Positions 1 to 10,230 are shown, counted from the stretch's first letter. The stretch: DNA of 64,000 bases from an uncultured Nitrospiraceae bacterium (GCA_963727805.1 CAVSHF010000005.1:288001-352000), one strand, 5' to 3'. The notes: a model not told the origin generated them from the sequence alone. Translations and numbers: made by a program.

Positions 1-486
1 GACGATTTACTTAAAGGTCTCTCTGAAAAGGGAGTTAGAATACGGAGACTCACCCTGCACGTCGGCCCTGGCACATTCAAACCTATTAAGGCCGCGCACC
101 TTAGGCATCATGCCATGCTCTCCGAGTATTTTGAGATCCGCACCGAACTTCTCAGCGAGATTGAGCATACAAAAAAATCCGCTAAAAGGGTTATTACCGT
201 TGGCACAACCGCGACTAGGGCGCTTGAGGGATTCCTAAGCGGGAACTATCAGGCGACCGAGAACGAAGACGGCACTATCAGGGGCTATACGGATATTTTT
301 ATACATCCAGGCTACCAGTTCATGGGGGCAGATGCACTGTTAACTAATTTCCATCTTCCCCGGTCGACTCCGCTCATTCTCGCTTCAGCGTTCAGCGGCT
401 TCGAAAAACTTATGCAGGCTTACGGTGAGGCAATCTCCATGGGTTATAGATTTTTTTCCTATGGTGATGCTATGCTGATTTTATGA
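1..486 (+). CDS. queA: S-adenosylmethionine:tRNA ribosyltransferase-isomerase, 5' part outside window
   Basis: Frame 1 is open from base 1 (LTLHVGPGTFKP); motifs VGTTATRALE, TNFHLPRST and C-terminal YRFFSYGDAMLI. Confidence 0.95.
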   Translation, partial: DDLLKGLSEKGVRIRRLTLHVGPGTFKPIKAAHLRHHAMLSEYFEIRTELLSEIEHTKKSAKRVITVGTTATRALEGFLSGNYQATENEDGTIRGYTDIFIHPGYQFMGADALLTNFHLPRSTPLILASAFSGFEKLMQAYGEAISMGYRFFSYGDAMLIL

Positions 487-1310
487 AGGAAAAGGGCAGC
501 GAAGCGTCGTCCTCTTCTTTGGTGATTGTGAGCAGGAGGATGCTGATCGCCTGCATCGCAGGTATTTCCCTTTTCAGCTTCGGTCTTGGGTATTTTTTTG
601 GCTATGGCAGCAGCTCCACAAATAAAGTGGTGAAGCAGGTCGAGGCAGACAACAAGATCGCCGCCTCCGAAGAGAGGACAGTTCTTGATGCCTCAGGAAA
701 GCCGACCATGGTGGCTCCCCAAGTCATTCCGAGTGCCGTGTCAAAGGAGCCGCCGTTGAAGCCGGGGATAGATGAAGGGAGCAAAACCCTCTCGAAGGGA
801 TCCGAGGAAACAGAAAAACAGAAGAAGCTCTCCGGCCCACCAGTGCCGGAAAAAAACAGTGAAAGTCTGTTGAAGAAAGAAGTGGCAGAGTCTGAAAAGA
901 AAACTGAAAAGAGTACTGAGAAAAAGCCTGAGCATAAGCAAAAAATCGGTACGAACGACAAGCCCCATAAAGAGCGGAGCCAGTCTGTAGCAAAAGCAAA
1001 GAAACGGGAAGTGCCTCCGCCGGTTAAAAAGCTAACTGCAAAATGGGCAAAGGGAAACGCGCAGAAGGTTTATGCACTCCAGGTTGGTGCCTTTCAGGAT
1101 CCCAAAAAGGCAGAACGTCTTAAGAAGGACCTTGGTGCCAAGGGGTACACAGTGTCGATCACCACTGTTTCCTCGAAGTCCGGCAAGACTTTTTCGAGGG
1201 TGCGGCTCGGTCCTTATGTGACTAAGAAGGAAGCAGAAGAAATTCAATCGAACCTTAAGGGCCAGGGTATGGAAGGTGTCGTCTTCCCCGGCGCCAAATA
1301 CCAGCGATAG
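483..1310 (+). CDS. SPOR-domain cell division protein (FtsN/DedD-like)
   Basis: N-terminal TM, Lys/Glu/Pro-rich linker, C-terminal SPOR motif (YALQVGAF...RVRLGPY). Confidence 0.85.
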   Translation: MKEKGSEASSSSLVIVSRRMLIACIAGISLFSFGLGYFFGYGSSSTNKVVKQVEADNKIAASEERTVLDASGKPTMVAPQVIPSAVSKEPPLKPGIDEGSKTLSKGSEETEKQKKLSGPPVPEKNSESLLKKEVAESEKKTEKSTEKKPEHKQKIGTNDKPHKERSQSVAKAKKREVPPPVKKLTAKWAKGNAQKVYALQVGAFQDPKKAERLKKDLGAKGYTVSITTVSSKSGKTFSRVRLGPYVTKKEAEEIQSNLKGQGMEGVVFPGAKYQR

Positions 1311-2295
1311 GCTGCCTACGGAGGCATTTACGAAAACGATCGAATGGGAACTTGACCAGGAAAAGGAATATCCCTTTATCCACGGCGGAGCCGACAAGGT
1401 TTTAAAATCAGTTGAAGAATCATTGGGCGTTACGATCAGTATCAGGGGCAGCAAGCTCCTTATTAACGGTGACGACGGACCTGTCGCAAAGGCCGAGAGA
1501 CTTGTCAGTGAAATCCGCGAGGTCAACAGGAATGGTTACACGCTGCGGCCCGAGGACGTGACGTATGCCGTCAGGTCAATATCCGAAGGCAAAGAGGTGT
1601 CGATCAAGGAACTCTTTTCAAGCAGCATTCCTGTCTCTTCGAAAAAGCGCTTTATAATTCCGAAAACTGAAACACAGAGGCTATACATAGACGCAATTAA
1701 CAGAAGCGATATAGTCTTTGGTATTGGGCCCGCCGGCACCGGCAAGACATATCTCGCGATGGCAATGGCCATCAGCGCCTTTCTCCAGAAGCAGGTATCG
1801 AGGATCGTGCTCGTGCGGCCCGCGGTCGAGGCGGGGGAAAAGCTCGGATTTCTGCCCGGCGACATCGCTGATAAGGTCAGCCCGTATTTGAGGCCGCTTT
1901 ATGACGCACTGTTCGACATGATGGATATCGACAAGGCTTTGAAGCTTATTGAGAGGGGCACTATCGAAATCGCCCCCTTGGCATTCATGAGGGGAAGAAC
2001 CCTAAACGACTCTTTCATTATCCTCGATGAGGCGCAGAACACCACATCCGAGCAGATGAAGATGTATCTGACGAGGCTCGGTTTCGGGTCAAAGACCGTT
2101 ATCACTGGCGACATCACCCAGATAGATCTTCCTGCAGGAAGGATGTCCGGTCTTATAGAAGCTGTCAAGATACTCAGGGATGAAGAAGACATCAGGATCA
2201 TAAATTTCACCGAGCGGGATGTAGTACGGCATAGGCTGGTGCAAAAAATCGTCCAAGCCTATGAACGATATGAACAACGGAACCAAGAAGAGTAG
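1276..2295 (+). CDS. phoH: PhoH family ATPase
   Basis: GPAGTGKT, RPAVEAGEKLGFLPG, MRGRTL, DEAQN, GDITQIDL; start uncertain. Confidence 0.95.
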   Translation: MSSSPAPNTSDRLPTEAFTKTIEWELDQEKEYPFIHGGADKVLKSVEESLGVTISIRGSKLLINGDDGPVAKAERLVSEIREVNRNGYTLRPEDVTYAVRSISEGKEVSIKELFSSSIPVSSKKRFIIPKTETQRLYIDAINRSDIVFGIGPAGTGKTYLAMAMAISAFLQKQVSRIVLVRPAVEAGEKLGFLPGDIADKVSPYLRPLYDALFDMMDIDKALKLIERGTIEIAPLAFMRGRTLNDSFIILDEAQNTTSEQMKMYLTRLGFGSKTVITGDITQIDLPAGRMSGLIEAVKILRDEEDIRIINFTERDVVRHRLVQKIVQAYERYEQRNQEE

Positions 2296-3835
2296 CGCAC
2301 CGCGCACAGCCAAAAACATTCTTGCAGCCCTAATCGGATTGAAAGAGAAATATGCCGCGCAGTCAGCTAGCGTATCCTTTCTGACCGTTCTTGGACTCTT
2401 GTCGGCCCTCATCATTCAGGAAGAGGTCAATCTCAGCTTTTTTGCGGGCAGTTTTCTCATGTCGGTTGCCGTCTATTTTATCTTCTTCAAGGACATCAAA
2501 CGCTATAAGCCAGCATACATCAATGAGCGCAAGATGGTCTATCTCCTGGGGCTGCTCCTTATATCTACGCTTCTTACGGGGAGAATCTTCGCCTTTCTTA
2601 ACGCCGGACTCAGCAGGGGCCTTGGCTTCCCTGACAGTATTGCTACCATGCTCGGCACACCAATCCCTGTCGGCGCTATGCTTGTGGCGCTTATCTTTGA
2701 TTTTCACACAGCCCTTATCTTCTCCCTTTTAATAAGCCTTCTCACAGGGGTCTGGTTCCATAATCCGTTCCTCCCCGTGTACGTTTTTATAAGCAGTCTC
2801 ACTGCGGCCTTTAGCGTTATGAGGTGCAAAAAGAGATCGGCACTCATCAAGGGCGGGTTCTATGTAAGCATGGTCAACATTGTAATAGCTGGAATAATAC
2901 TCCTGCTGACATCCCAGCTCTTTTCCACTGTTGCTCCTGCCGCGATATTTTTTGCGGCCATATCGGGTTTTTTTGTTGCTGCAATCGCATCCATAATGCT
3001 GCCGATCATCGAATATTTTTTCGGAATCAGCACCGATATGAGCCTACTGGAACTTCTCGACCTGGGACAGCCGCTCATGCGAAATCTGATGATCAACGCA
3101 CCGGGAACGTACCATCACAGTATAATTGTCGGCAACCTCGCCGAGGCGGCGGCGGAAGCAGTTGGCGCCAATCCACTCCTTGCCAGGGTAACGGCGTATT
3201 ACCATGATATTGGGAAGGTTAAGATGTCCGAATATTTTGTCGAGAACCAGCAGGGAGGGTTCAGCAAACATGAGCGCCTCGCGCCGCATATGAGTGGGTT
3301 GATACTCGTCGCCCATGTAAAGGAAGGCGTCGAACTGGCCAGGCAGTTTAAGCTTCCAAAGTCTGTTGTCGACATAATTCAACAACACCACGGAACGAGA
3401 TTGATGAGTTTTTTTTATCAGAAAGCCAAGGACCAGACTGGGGCAGTTATTGAAGAAGAATACCGCTATCCTGGGCCAAAACCACAGACGAGAGTTGCGG
3501 CACTTGTGATGATGGCCGATGCTGTTGAGGCAGCAGCACGAGCATTGACAGATCCGACGCCGGCGAGGATTAGTGCCCTCGTTGAAAAGATTATCAACGA
3601 GATATTCCTCGATGGCCAGATAGACGAATGCGAGCTTACGCTTAAAGACATTTCTGAGATAAAGAAGCGGTTTACCTATGTCCTCATAAGTATTTTTCAC
3701 AAAAGAATTGAGTATCCGGATATCGAGCCCAAGGGCACGCATCACCGTTCTGTACAGAATACGGACAAGCACACCAATAGTAATGGAAATAGCGGTAAAG
3801 AACTGCCAAAGATCGATAAGAATAAATCCCGCTAG
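2261..3835 (+). CDS. Multi-TM HD-domain phosphohydrolase (7TM-HD / PgpH-like)
   Basis: Hydrophobic N-terminal half, then APGTYHHS, YYHDIGK, QHHGT, MADAVEAA; phoH-HD-ybeY-dgkA synteny. Confidence 0.85.
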   Translation: MNDMNNGTKKSSAPRTAKNILAALIGLKEKYAAQSASVSFLTVLGLLSALIIQEEVNLSFFAGSFLMSVAVYFIFFKDIKRYKPAYINERKMVYLLGLLLISTLLTGRIFAFLNAGLSRGLGFPDSIATMLGTPIPVGAMLVALIFDFHTALIFSLLISLLTGVWFHNPFLPVYVFISSLTAAFSVMRCKKRSALIKGGFYVSMVNIVIAGIILLLTSQLFSTVAPAAIFFAAISGFFVAAIASIMLPIIEYFFGISTDMSLLELLDLGQPLMRNLMINAPGTYHHSIIVGNLAEAAAEAVGANPLLARVTAYYHDIGKVKMSEYFVENQQGGFSKHERLAPHMSGLILVAHVKEGVELARQFKLPKSVVDIIQQHHGTRLMSFFYQKAKDQTGAVIEEEYRYPGPKPQTRVAALVMMADAVEAAARALTDPTPARISALVEKIINEIFLDGQIDECELTLKDISEIKKRFTYVLISIFHKRIEYPDIEPKGTHHRSVQNTDKHTNSNGNSGKELPKIDKNKSR

Positions 3836-4280
3836 CATCAAGCGGGTTGTGGAATCCGCCATCAGGCATCTCTCCTCCGGGAAAAGAATACGAGGACGCA
3901 ACCTCGCTTCTGGCGTTTCCTTTGATCCTGCAAAGGCAGTTGTCAGCGTGCTACTTGTCGGGGATAGGAGAATGAGGGAAATGAACATGGCATACCGTGG
4001 TATCCACCGAACTACGGACGTGCTCTCCTTCTCTCAACTCGAAGGTCCCTTGTCGCAGCATGAATCGGCAGAACTCGGAGACATCGTCATCAGTCCCGCA
4101 CAGGCAAAACGGCAAGCTGGTGAAAGGGGAACAACATTTGATCAAGAGCTTGTGCTGCTCCTGCTACATGGCCTGCTCCATCTGATGGGCTATGATCACG
4201 AGAAGAATCGATACCAGGCTGAGAAGATGAGAGAGAAGGAGGCGGATCTGCTCCATGCCATTCAGAAAGTGGTTCGATAG
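3783..4280 (+). CDS. ybeY: rRNA maturation endoribonuclease YbeY
   Basis: TDVLSF, LGDIVIS, HGLLHLMGYDH; ATG at 3783 preferred over track start 3708. Confidence 0.95.
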   Translation: MEIAVKNCQRSIRINPASIKRVVESAIRHLSSGKRIRGRNLASGVSFDPAKAVVSVLLVGDRRMREMNMAYRGIHRTTDVLSFSQLEGPLSQHESAELGDIVISPAQAKRQAGERGTTFDQELVLLLLHGLLHLMGYDHEKNRYQAEKMREKEADLLHAIQKVVR

Positions 4281-4953
4281 CGCGAATAACGCAATAGAGG
4301 GGGTACTTTACGCTGCTAAGACCCAGCGGCACTTGAGGTATCATCTCTATTCCGCTGTCACCGTTCTTATCCTGAGTTATTTCCTCGGTGTCCAGCGCCA
4401 TGATTTCCTGATCATCGCGGCAACGGTTATCCTCGTGCTACTGGCCGAAATGATGAATACCGCCATCGAATTCCTTGTGGATATGGTCTCTCCCGACTAT
4501 AGCGAAAAGGCGAGAATTGCGAAAGACGTGGCCGCAGGAGCGGTGCTGATTACTGCATTCGGCGCTGTCGTTATTGGCTACATCATCCTCTTCCCTTATG
4601 TGCATGACGCATTCGATTCGGGAGTGTATATCGCCAAGCATAGCTCCAACGAGATCGCCCTTATCTCTTTGATCATCGTTTTGATCCTTGTGGTCATGCT
4701 GAAAGCGCGCTTCGGAAAGGGCCATCCCTTGCGTGGCGGCATGCCGAGCGGCCATAGTGCCCTCGCCTTTGCTCTCTGGTCAGCCCTTACTCTTATAACG
4801 CAGAATTTTTCAGCATCCCTCATCGGATTTGTGCTGGCTGCAATTGTTGCCCAGAGCAGAATTGCAACCAAGGTACACACCCCTTTGGAGGTCGTAACGG
4901 GAGCTCTACTTGGCATGGGCGTAACCTTGCTGCTATTCGTAGTCTTCCGGTAG
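4255..4953 (+). CDS. dgkA: Diacylglycerol/undecaprenol kinase fused to PAP2 phosphatase domain
   Basis: AEMMNTAIE...AKDVAAGAV (DgkA), then GGMPSGHS and SRI...HT (PAP2). Confidence 0.85.
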   Translation: MPFRKWFDSANNAIEGVLYAAKTQRHLRYHLYSAVTVLILSYFLGVQRHDFLIIAATVILVLLAEMMNTAIEFLVDMVSPDYSEKARIAKDVAAGAVLITAFGAVVIGYIILFPYVHDAFDSGVYIAKHSSNEIALISLIIVLILVVMLKARFGKGHPLRGGMPSGHSALAFALWSALTLITQNFSASLIGFVLAAIVAQSRIATKVHTPLEVVTGALLGMGVTLLLFVVFR

Positions 4954-5236
4954 ATAGGTCCCCAGATACGACCAAGATACTAACGGCTGGGCGTGAATAT
5001 GGTGGATAAACGAGTTGCAGTGTTGCCGGCCGTTGCTTGAACATGCGTAGCTAACCCGGCACCCTCGATAGCTCGACGCAGTGCCGACAAATGATGCCTG
5101 ATCATAAAATCCGTTGCAAGAGAGAAGATTGTAATAGCAGATCGAATAGATCAACTCTAAAATAATTTCGGCAAGCGAAAGAATTCCATTGAAAAGATAT
5201 CCCACTCCCTTCATAAATAGAACCGCTGATAACCAA

Positions 5237-6601
5237 CTATAAAATCTTATATTTAGTTATCTTGTAGTGTATCGCTCGTGCGGAAATACCAAGCATTTTC
5301 GCCGCTTCTGTTTTATTGTTTTGCGTGTGTGCAAGCGCATTCTTGATATACTCCTTTTCTAGATTTTCCTTAGCCTCCAGAAAGGGTATCGTGGCGTCTG
5401 TCAAAAACCCATCGCCTCGCTCCCTCGTGAAATCCGACCCGAAAGAGAGCTCATCTTCACTGATCACATCCCTTGACGTTGTCGCTACAACTCTGTGGAT
5501 CGCCCATTTTAATTCTCTGATATTGCCGGGCCAATGATATGCAAGAATCATCTTCATAGCCGATGCCGTTACGCCTTTGATGTCTTTCTTGTAAGCCAGG
5601 TTGGCCTGATCTATAAATAGGGAGACCAAAAGTGGTATGTCCTCTTTTCTATGATAAAGCGGCGGCAGCTCGAATGACACGCCGTTGATCCTAAAGAAGA
5701 GGTCCTTTCTGAAGCGATTTATCGGATCGGCAAGATCAATGTGAGTTGCGGATATCAGACGGAATGTCACCTTGTGCTCCACTGCGTCGCCGACGCGATA
5801 GTACGACCTGTTTTCGAGTATGCGCAAAAACTTGGCCTGCACACCCTCAGGCAACTCCCCAATCTCGTCGAGGAATAGAGTGCCGCCATCAGCACGCTCT
5901 ATCAGCCCTTCCTTATGAGTCGTGGCACCTGAAAATGCTCCCCTCGTATGTCCGAACAGTTCACTCTCAATAATATCTTTCGACAGCGCGGAACAATTGA
6001 TCACAACCATATCCCCTTTAACTCCAGACAAGGAATGTATCCATTGGGCCAGCTTTTCCTTTCCTGTTCCTGTTTCACCTACAAGCAGTACCGGTATATC
6101 AAGCGGGGCGATAAGGGGGGCCTTATCGATAATAGGTTTCATTATTCCAGCGCCGGAGGTGATAAAGGGTGGGGATATTTTCTTGATAGCTTGGTCAAGA
6201 TCCATGATCCGTTGCTGGAGTATCCGATTTTCAAGATACACATGTAGCTCTCGCTTCAATTTTTCGATATCTATTGGCTTAGTGAAATAATCGACCGCCC
6301 CATGCTTCAACGCATCTATCGCATTGTTCACCGTAGCATAAGCAGTCATCACGAAGACAACCGGATCGGAAGCGATGGTTTTGATCTCCCGAAGGAACGC
6401 TATTCCATCGCCGTCAGGCAGTCGCACATCGATCAAAATAGCATCCGGTGACTGTCGGTTTAAATAATCTCTAGCTAAGGCAAGCGTATTAACAGTGGAA
6501 ATGTCGAATGCATCCTCAAGTGTCATCTTGAGAGACTCACTGAAATTCGGTTCGTCATCTATAATCAGAATATGAGGACTGCTATTATGGCTTGCTGTCA
6601 T
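5237..6601 (-). CDS. Sigma54-dependent response regulator (REC-AAA+-HTH, NtrC family)
   Basis: REC (IIDDE, DVRLPD), GETGTGKE, ESELFGH..GAFSGA, FLDEIGE, WPGNIREL, Fis-type HTH. Confidence 0.93.
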   Translation of the reverse strand: MTASHNSSPHILIIDDEPNFSESLKMTLEDAFDISTVNTLALARDYLNRQSPDAILIDVRLPDGDGIAFLREIKTIASDPVVFVMTAYATVNNAIDALKHGAVDYFTKPIDIEKLKRELHVYLENRILQQRIMDLDQAIKKISPPFITSGAGIMKPIIDKAPLIAPLDIPVLLVGETGTGKEKLAQWIHSLSGVKGDMVVINCSALSKDIIESELFGHTRGAFSGATTHKEGLIERADGGTLFLDEIGELPEGVQAKFLRILENRSYYRVGDAVEHKVTFRLISATHIDLADPINRFRKDLFFRINGVSFELPPLYHRKEDIPLLVSLFIDQANLAYKKDIKGVTASAMKMILAYHWPGNIRELKWAIHRVVATTSRDVISEDELSFGSDFTRERGDGFLTDATIPFLEAKENLEKEYIKNALAHTQNNKTEAAKMLGISARAIHYKITKYKIL

Positions 6602-7760
6602 AATTCTTAAATCTTGCAGATGGCATACATAGTTTTATTCTAGCGCCACACTCTTTTCTATAGAGAGACAGTTCCCCATTGTGGGCAATGAGTATCTTCC
6701 GCACGAGATAAAGACCAAGTCCCGCTCCTGTCGACCTTAGAGTAACAAACGGCTTGATCAATTCGTCAAGTTTAATATCCGCAGGGAAACCGAGTCCGTC
6801 ATCCTCAAAGTGAATCTCCGCAACCTCCTTCATCGCGTTTGCCTTAATCCCAATCTTCTTGGCCTGGGCCTGAATACTATTGCGTATAAGATTCTCAAAA
6901 AGCAAACCGAGATAGAAACGGTCTCCATAGATTTCTCCAGAGGTACAGTCCAGATGCACACCTGCTTTTTGTGCTAATCCCCCCACAAAATCAACCAGCG
7001 GAATCCATTCCGCATTGGTCAACCTGATATCTCTTCCATAGAATAAAAGGTTGTCGATAAGCTGCTGCGTCCGACCTAATTCCTCTTTGGCAAGCACCAC
7101 AAATCGATTTGCAAAATTGGGATCGGCAGCTCTGGAAGGGAGCGCATAGACGAGGTTCGACAGCGTCGCAAGCGGAGTCTTCAATTCGTGGGCAAGCGTC
7201 GCGGTCATCCTGCCGAGCAATGCTAGGGCGTGTTGTTCCTCCAGTTCCCTGTTCAAGGCGGCTTTCTCTGATTGATGCTTCAACTGAACCTGCCGTCTCT
7301 GCTCCAAAAAAACTACCAGCAGGGTAAACATAACAAGGGTCGCAAAAACCCCCTCGACGAGCAGAGGCTTATCGAGTTCGAACATTTCTTTTTGCAAGTA
7401 CGACCTTTTTACGTACATGTCTAGGCGCTTACCATATTCAACAAAAGCAAAAAGGAAAAGTGCGTCATTTTCCGCTGGGACCTTATCTCCTTGCTCCGGA
7501 TCAACCCCCACAGCCTTATCCTTCATGACACTATTGAGGTATTCCTTTAAAAAATGCACCACCTCATCAGGTGTTTCATTCTCATCTGAGTCCTCGAACG
7601 CTTTTACGGCATTTTTGATCTGTCTTTCTGTATCCCTTTTCACGTTTCGTTCGATTACGTTATTTCCGAAACTTCCGACAATCACTGTTATTATTATGCC
7701 GAACAACAGAGATACGATGAGGTACCCTATCAACCTTATTGTCTGTAATGACGTTGTCAT
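6585..7760 (-). CDS. Membrane sensor histidine kinase
   Basis: Two TMs with a short periplasmic loop; H-box LAHELKTPL, N-box ENLIRNS, DDGLG, GAGLGL; ATG at 7760 avoids overlap with the upstream gene. Confidence 0.9.
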   Translation of the reverse strand: MTTSLQTIRLIGYLIVSLLFGIIITVIVGSFGNNVIERNVKRDTERQIKNAVKAFEDSDENETPDEVVHFLKEYLNSVMKDKAVGVDPEQGDKVPAENDALFLFAFVEYGKRLDMYVKRSYLQKEMFELDKPLLVEGVFATLVMFTLLVVFLEQRRQVQLKHQSEKAALNRELEEQHALALLGRMTATLAHELKTPLATLSNLVYALPSRAADPNFANRFVVLAKEELGRTQQLIDNLLFYGRDIRLTNAEWIPLVDFVGGLAQKAGVHLDCTSGEIYGDRFYLGLLFENLIRNSIQAQAKKIGIKANAMKEVAEIHFEDDGLGFPADIKLDELIKPFVTLRSTGAGLGLYLVRKILIAHNGELSLYRKECGARIKLCMPSARFKNYDSKP

Positions 7761-7770
7761 AAACCTAATA

Positions 7771-8133
7771 TCAGTAGAATCCTTTTTTCCCGAAACCCAA
7801 GAGGAATACGCCTGCCGAAATGAGCACCGTGCCAATTATAATATTCCTCGTGATGATCTCCCCAATATAAAAATGCGAAGCAAAAGCAACAGTGATATAT
7901 AGCACTGAAGCTGTCGAAAGTGCAATAAACAGCCGTGTGGTTTTCAATATCTGCATCCAGGAAATAAACGATACGATATAGAGGCCATATCCGCCAACTA
8001 TAAATAAATTAAGAACATCCCCCGTCGCTTTTCCGTTCATGGCACCCTTTTTTAACAGCAGTTGTGCTGCTGTATCCGATGTTAGAAGGGCAAACCAGAG
8101 CAAAAGGATTATAAATGACTTATTTAAACGCAT
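7771..8133 (-). CDS. Small 4-TM SMR/EamA-like membrane protein (ArnE/ArnF-like)
   Basis: 120 aa, four hydrophobic segments, AQLLLKKG in TM1, GE..T...IIG..LI..GV. Confidence 0.75.
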   Translation of the reverse strand: MRLNKSFIILLLWFALLTSDTAAQLLLKKGAMNGKATGDVLNLFIVGGYGLYIVSFISWMQILKTTRLFIALSTASVLYITVAFASHFYIGEIITRNIIIGTVLISAGVFLLGFGKKGFY

Positions 8134-8242
8134 ATCGCACGCTTCGCCGTTTTGATTTGAGCCGCTCCGCCATTGTTGTTTCCACTGAAGTATATTGTTT
8201 ATTATACCTTATCAGACACGCTTATAAGGAACCCTTACAGCT

Positions 8243-9124
8243 ATGACACCTTCGACAGAAACTCTTGTTCTTGATTTCGATCGTTCCGTCAAACTTCCCG
8301 GCAATACCTGCCATAAACTTGACCTGCATCGTTATGAAGAAAAAATCCGTTACTGTACCTCGATGCATATGATGCATGAGCTTGAATGCGAGATTATTGA
8401 TGAAATAAGACGGCATCGAATTTTCCTCCTCGGCAACGGCGATTTTCATCACATCAGCTACCTCTTGATAAAAAACATGCCACATCAGAACCTGCATGTA
8501 GCCGTGTTTGACAATCATCCAGACAATATGTTCTTTCCATCTGGGATCCATTGTGGTTCGTGGGTTTATCATGCAAGCAAGCTCCCTCATGTAGCTGAGA
8601 TCTCGGTATTTGGCATCGCTTCTGGAGATATGAAAGGCCTCAATATTGTTCAACATAGGCTTTCGGCAATCAGGTCCGGCAAAGTCAAATATTACTGTGT
8701 TTCTCCGGTCGGCCGTATCATGAAACTGGCCGGCAGTCCTCATATAAAAGAAATCGGTACAGATTATCGAAGCATTTTGCAGGAGGTGGAGAAGCGACTC
8801 CTTCCTCTAAATATCCCGATTTATCTCTCCATAGACAAAGACGTCTTAGCCTCCGATTACATACTTACAACCTGGGACCAGGGAAGATTGTCAGAAGACG
8901 ATCTGATGAAATGCGTTGAGATGCTTTCCCCCAGAGTAGTGGCCGCAGATATTACGGGCGACATATCTTCCTATACTTTTCAAAGCCTGCTGAAAAAAAT
9001 ATTGCGTTGGGTTGATGGCGCAGCCCGAACCCCTGCCTTTACAAGGGAAGACTTGCAGAAACATCAAGCCTTAAACCTCAAAATACTTTCTTTTTTGACT
9101 CAAAAAAAAGAATTCTTAACCTAA
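8243..9124 (+). CDS. Arginase/ureohydrolase-fold protein
   Basis: GNGDFHH, FDNHPD, CGSW and YLSIDKDVL resemble the metal-binding motifs; divergent from canonical arginase. Confidence 0.75.
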   Translation: MTPSTETLVLDFDRSVKLPGNTCHKLDLHRYEEKIRYCTSMHMMHELECEIIDEIRRHRIFLLGNGDFHHISYLLIKNMPHQNLHVAVFDNHPDNMFFPSGIHCGSWVYHASKLPHVAEISVFGIASGDMKGLNIVQHRLSAIRSGKVKYYCVSPVGRIMKLAGSPHIKEIGTDYRSILQEVEKRLLPLNIPIYLSIDKDVLASDYILTTWDQGRLSEDDLMKCVEMLSPRVVAADITGDISSYTFQSLLKKILRWVDGAARTPAFTREDLQKHQALNLKILSFLTQKKEFLT

Positions 9125-10224
9125 AGATGCTTGCCTGATTCTATCCTCTCTAAGACCCTTTTATCGGCTTCAAAAAACCCGCTTGCTCTCTTGAGGCAGA
9201 ATCTTTGAATCGGGTTTTTTACATATACTGCATGGTTCGTACTGGTAAATTCCGCCCCAAGATATGTCTTGATCTCAGGATCCGTCCATCCTGCTATAAA
9301 CATTTGCATATTATTCTTAATACTGAAATCAAGATTATGGAACCAACTTAAGAAATAGAGATTATGCTTTCTGGCGTCTGGATAACGGAATCCTATATAT
9401 TTATCGACAAGAAAACTTCTGAAAATGAAACAAAGATTGAAGGCGATGATGCCTTCCTGGTTTCGGTAAAGAAACACAATACCGTCACTACGGTCGTCCT
9501 TTAAAACCTTCCGGAAAAATGAAAGTGTAAGCTTGTCGAAATGGACAGAGCTGTTATTGTAGGTGTTAAGATAAAGCTCATAAAGCAATTCGACGTTCTC
9601 ATCAGCGAAGAAATCATCTCCTGTCCGCAACTCCTCGACTGATATTTCGGAAAATGACCGGAGTTTCCTCTTGAGATCCTTTCTTCGCGACTTCGAGAAC
9701 TTTTGGAGATATTCTTCCCTTGAAGCAAAGGTAATCGGCACATATGCTAGCGCCTGACCGGATACGAGGATGAACCCACTCTCCTCCAAGGAGGACATCA
9801 AGGATTTCGACAATTCGTTTTCATCACTTGCTAGAAGTGGGGAATTATAAGGCATATCTTTGACAATAATAAAACTGCTCTGTTCATCATTCATTTTTGA
9901 TACAAGTAGTCCCTTAAGGGCGCACATTTGAATCTCTTTGGGAAGCAGCACATATTCCGAAACCGTAGTTCCCACGAACAGTGTCCTGGGTCTAAGGTTT
10001 ATCTTGTTAAAAAATGGCACTATCTTGTTTAAAATGTGCACCGCCTTTTTTGCAATTGCAGGGGCGGTCGTGAGCAGGTCGAATTCCGTCACAAAAGCAG
10101 GAAGTTCCTCTCCACAAACCGCGATTTTAAGAGGATAAAACCCTTCGGGCGGTTCTGAATCAAAGGCCTGGATTAGAATTTCAGGCTCAAGCTGGTTAAA
10201 ATATTCTTTCATCTCGCCATTCAT
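9121..10224 (-). CDS. GNAT/FemAB-like acyl- or aminoacyl-transferase
   Basis: F.S.EEYL.KFSKSRRKDLKRKLR, LYELYLNTY, FDKLT..FF, YFLSW, IKTYLGA pattern of Fem-like GNAT proteins. Confidence 0.7.
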   Translation of the reverse strand: MNGEMKEYFNQLEPEILIQAFDSEPPEGFYPLKIAVCGEELPAFVTEFDLLTTAPAIAKKAVHILNKIVPFFNKINLRPRTLFVGTTVSEYVLLPKEIQMCALKGLLVSKMNDEQSSFIIVKDMPYNSPLLASDENELSKSLMSSLEESGFILVSGQALAYVPITFASREEYLQKFSKSRRKDLKRKLRSFSEISVEELRTGDDFFADENVELLYELYLNTYNNSSVHFDKLTLSFFRKVLKDDRSDGIVFLYRNQEGIIAFNLCFIFRSFLVDKYIGFRYPDARKHNLYFLSWFHNLDFSIKNNMQMFIAGWTDPEIKTYLGAEFTSTNHAVYVKNPIQRFCLKRASGFFEADKRVLERIESGKHL

Positions 10225-10230
10225 ATGGAG

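Noticed and set aside
4954..5236. Intergenic region with short inverted repeats (AACGGCTGG/CCGGCCGTT, CGGCAC/GTGCCG) and a 93-aa ORF
   Set aside because: No recognisable ncRNA, riboswitch or terminator, and the ORF has no motif
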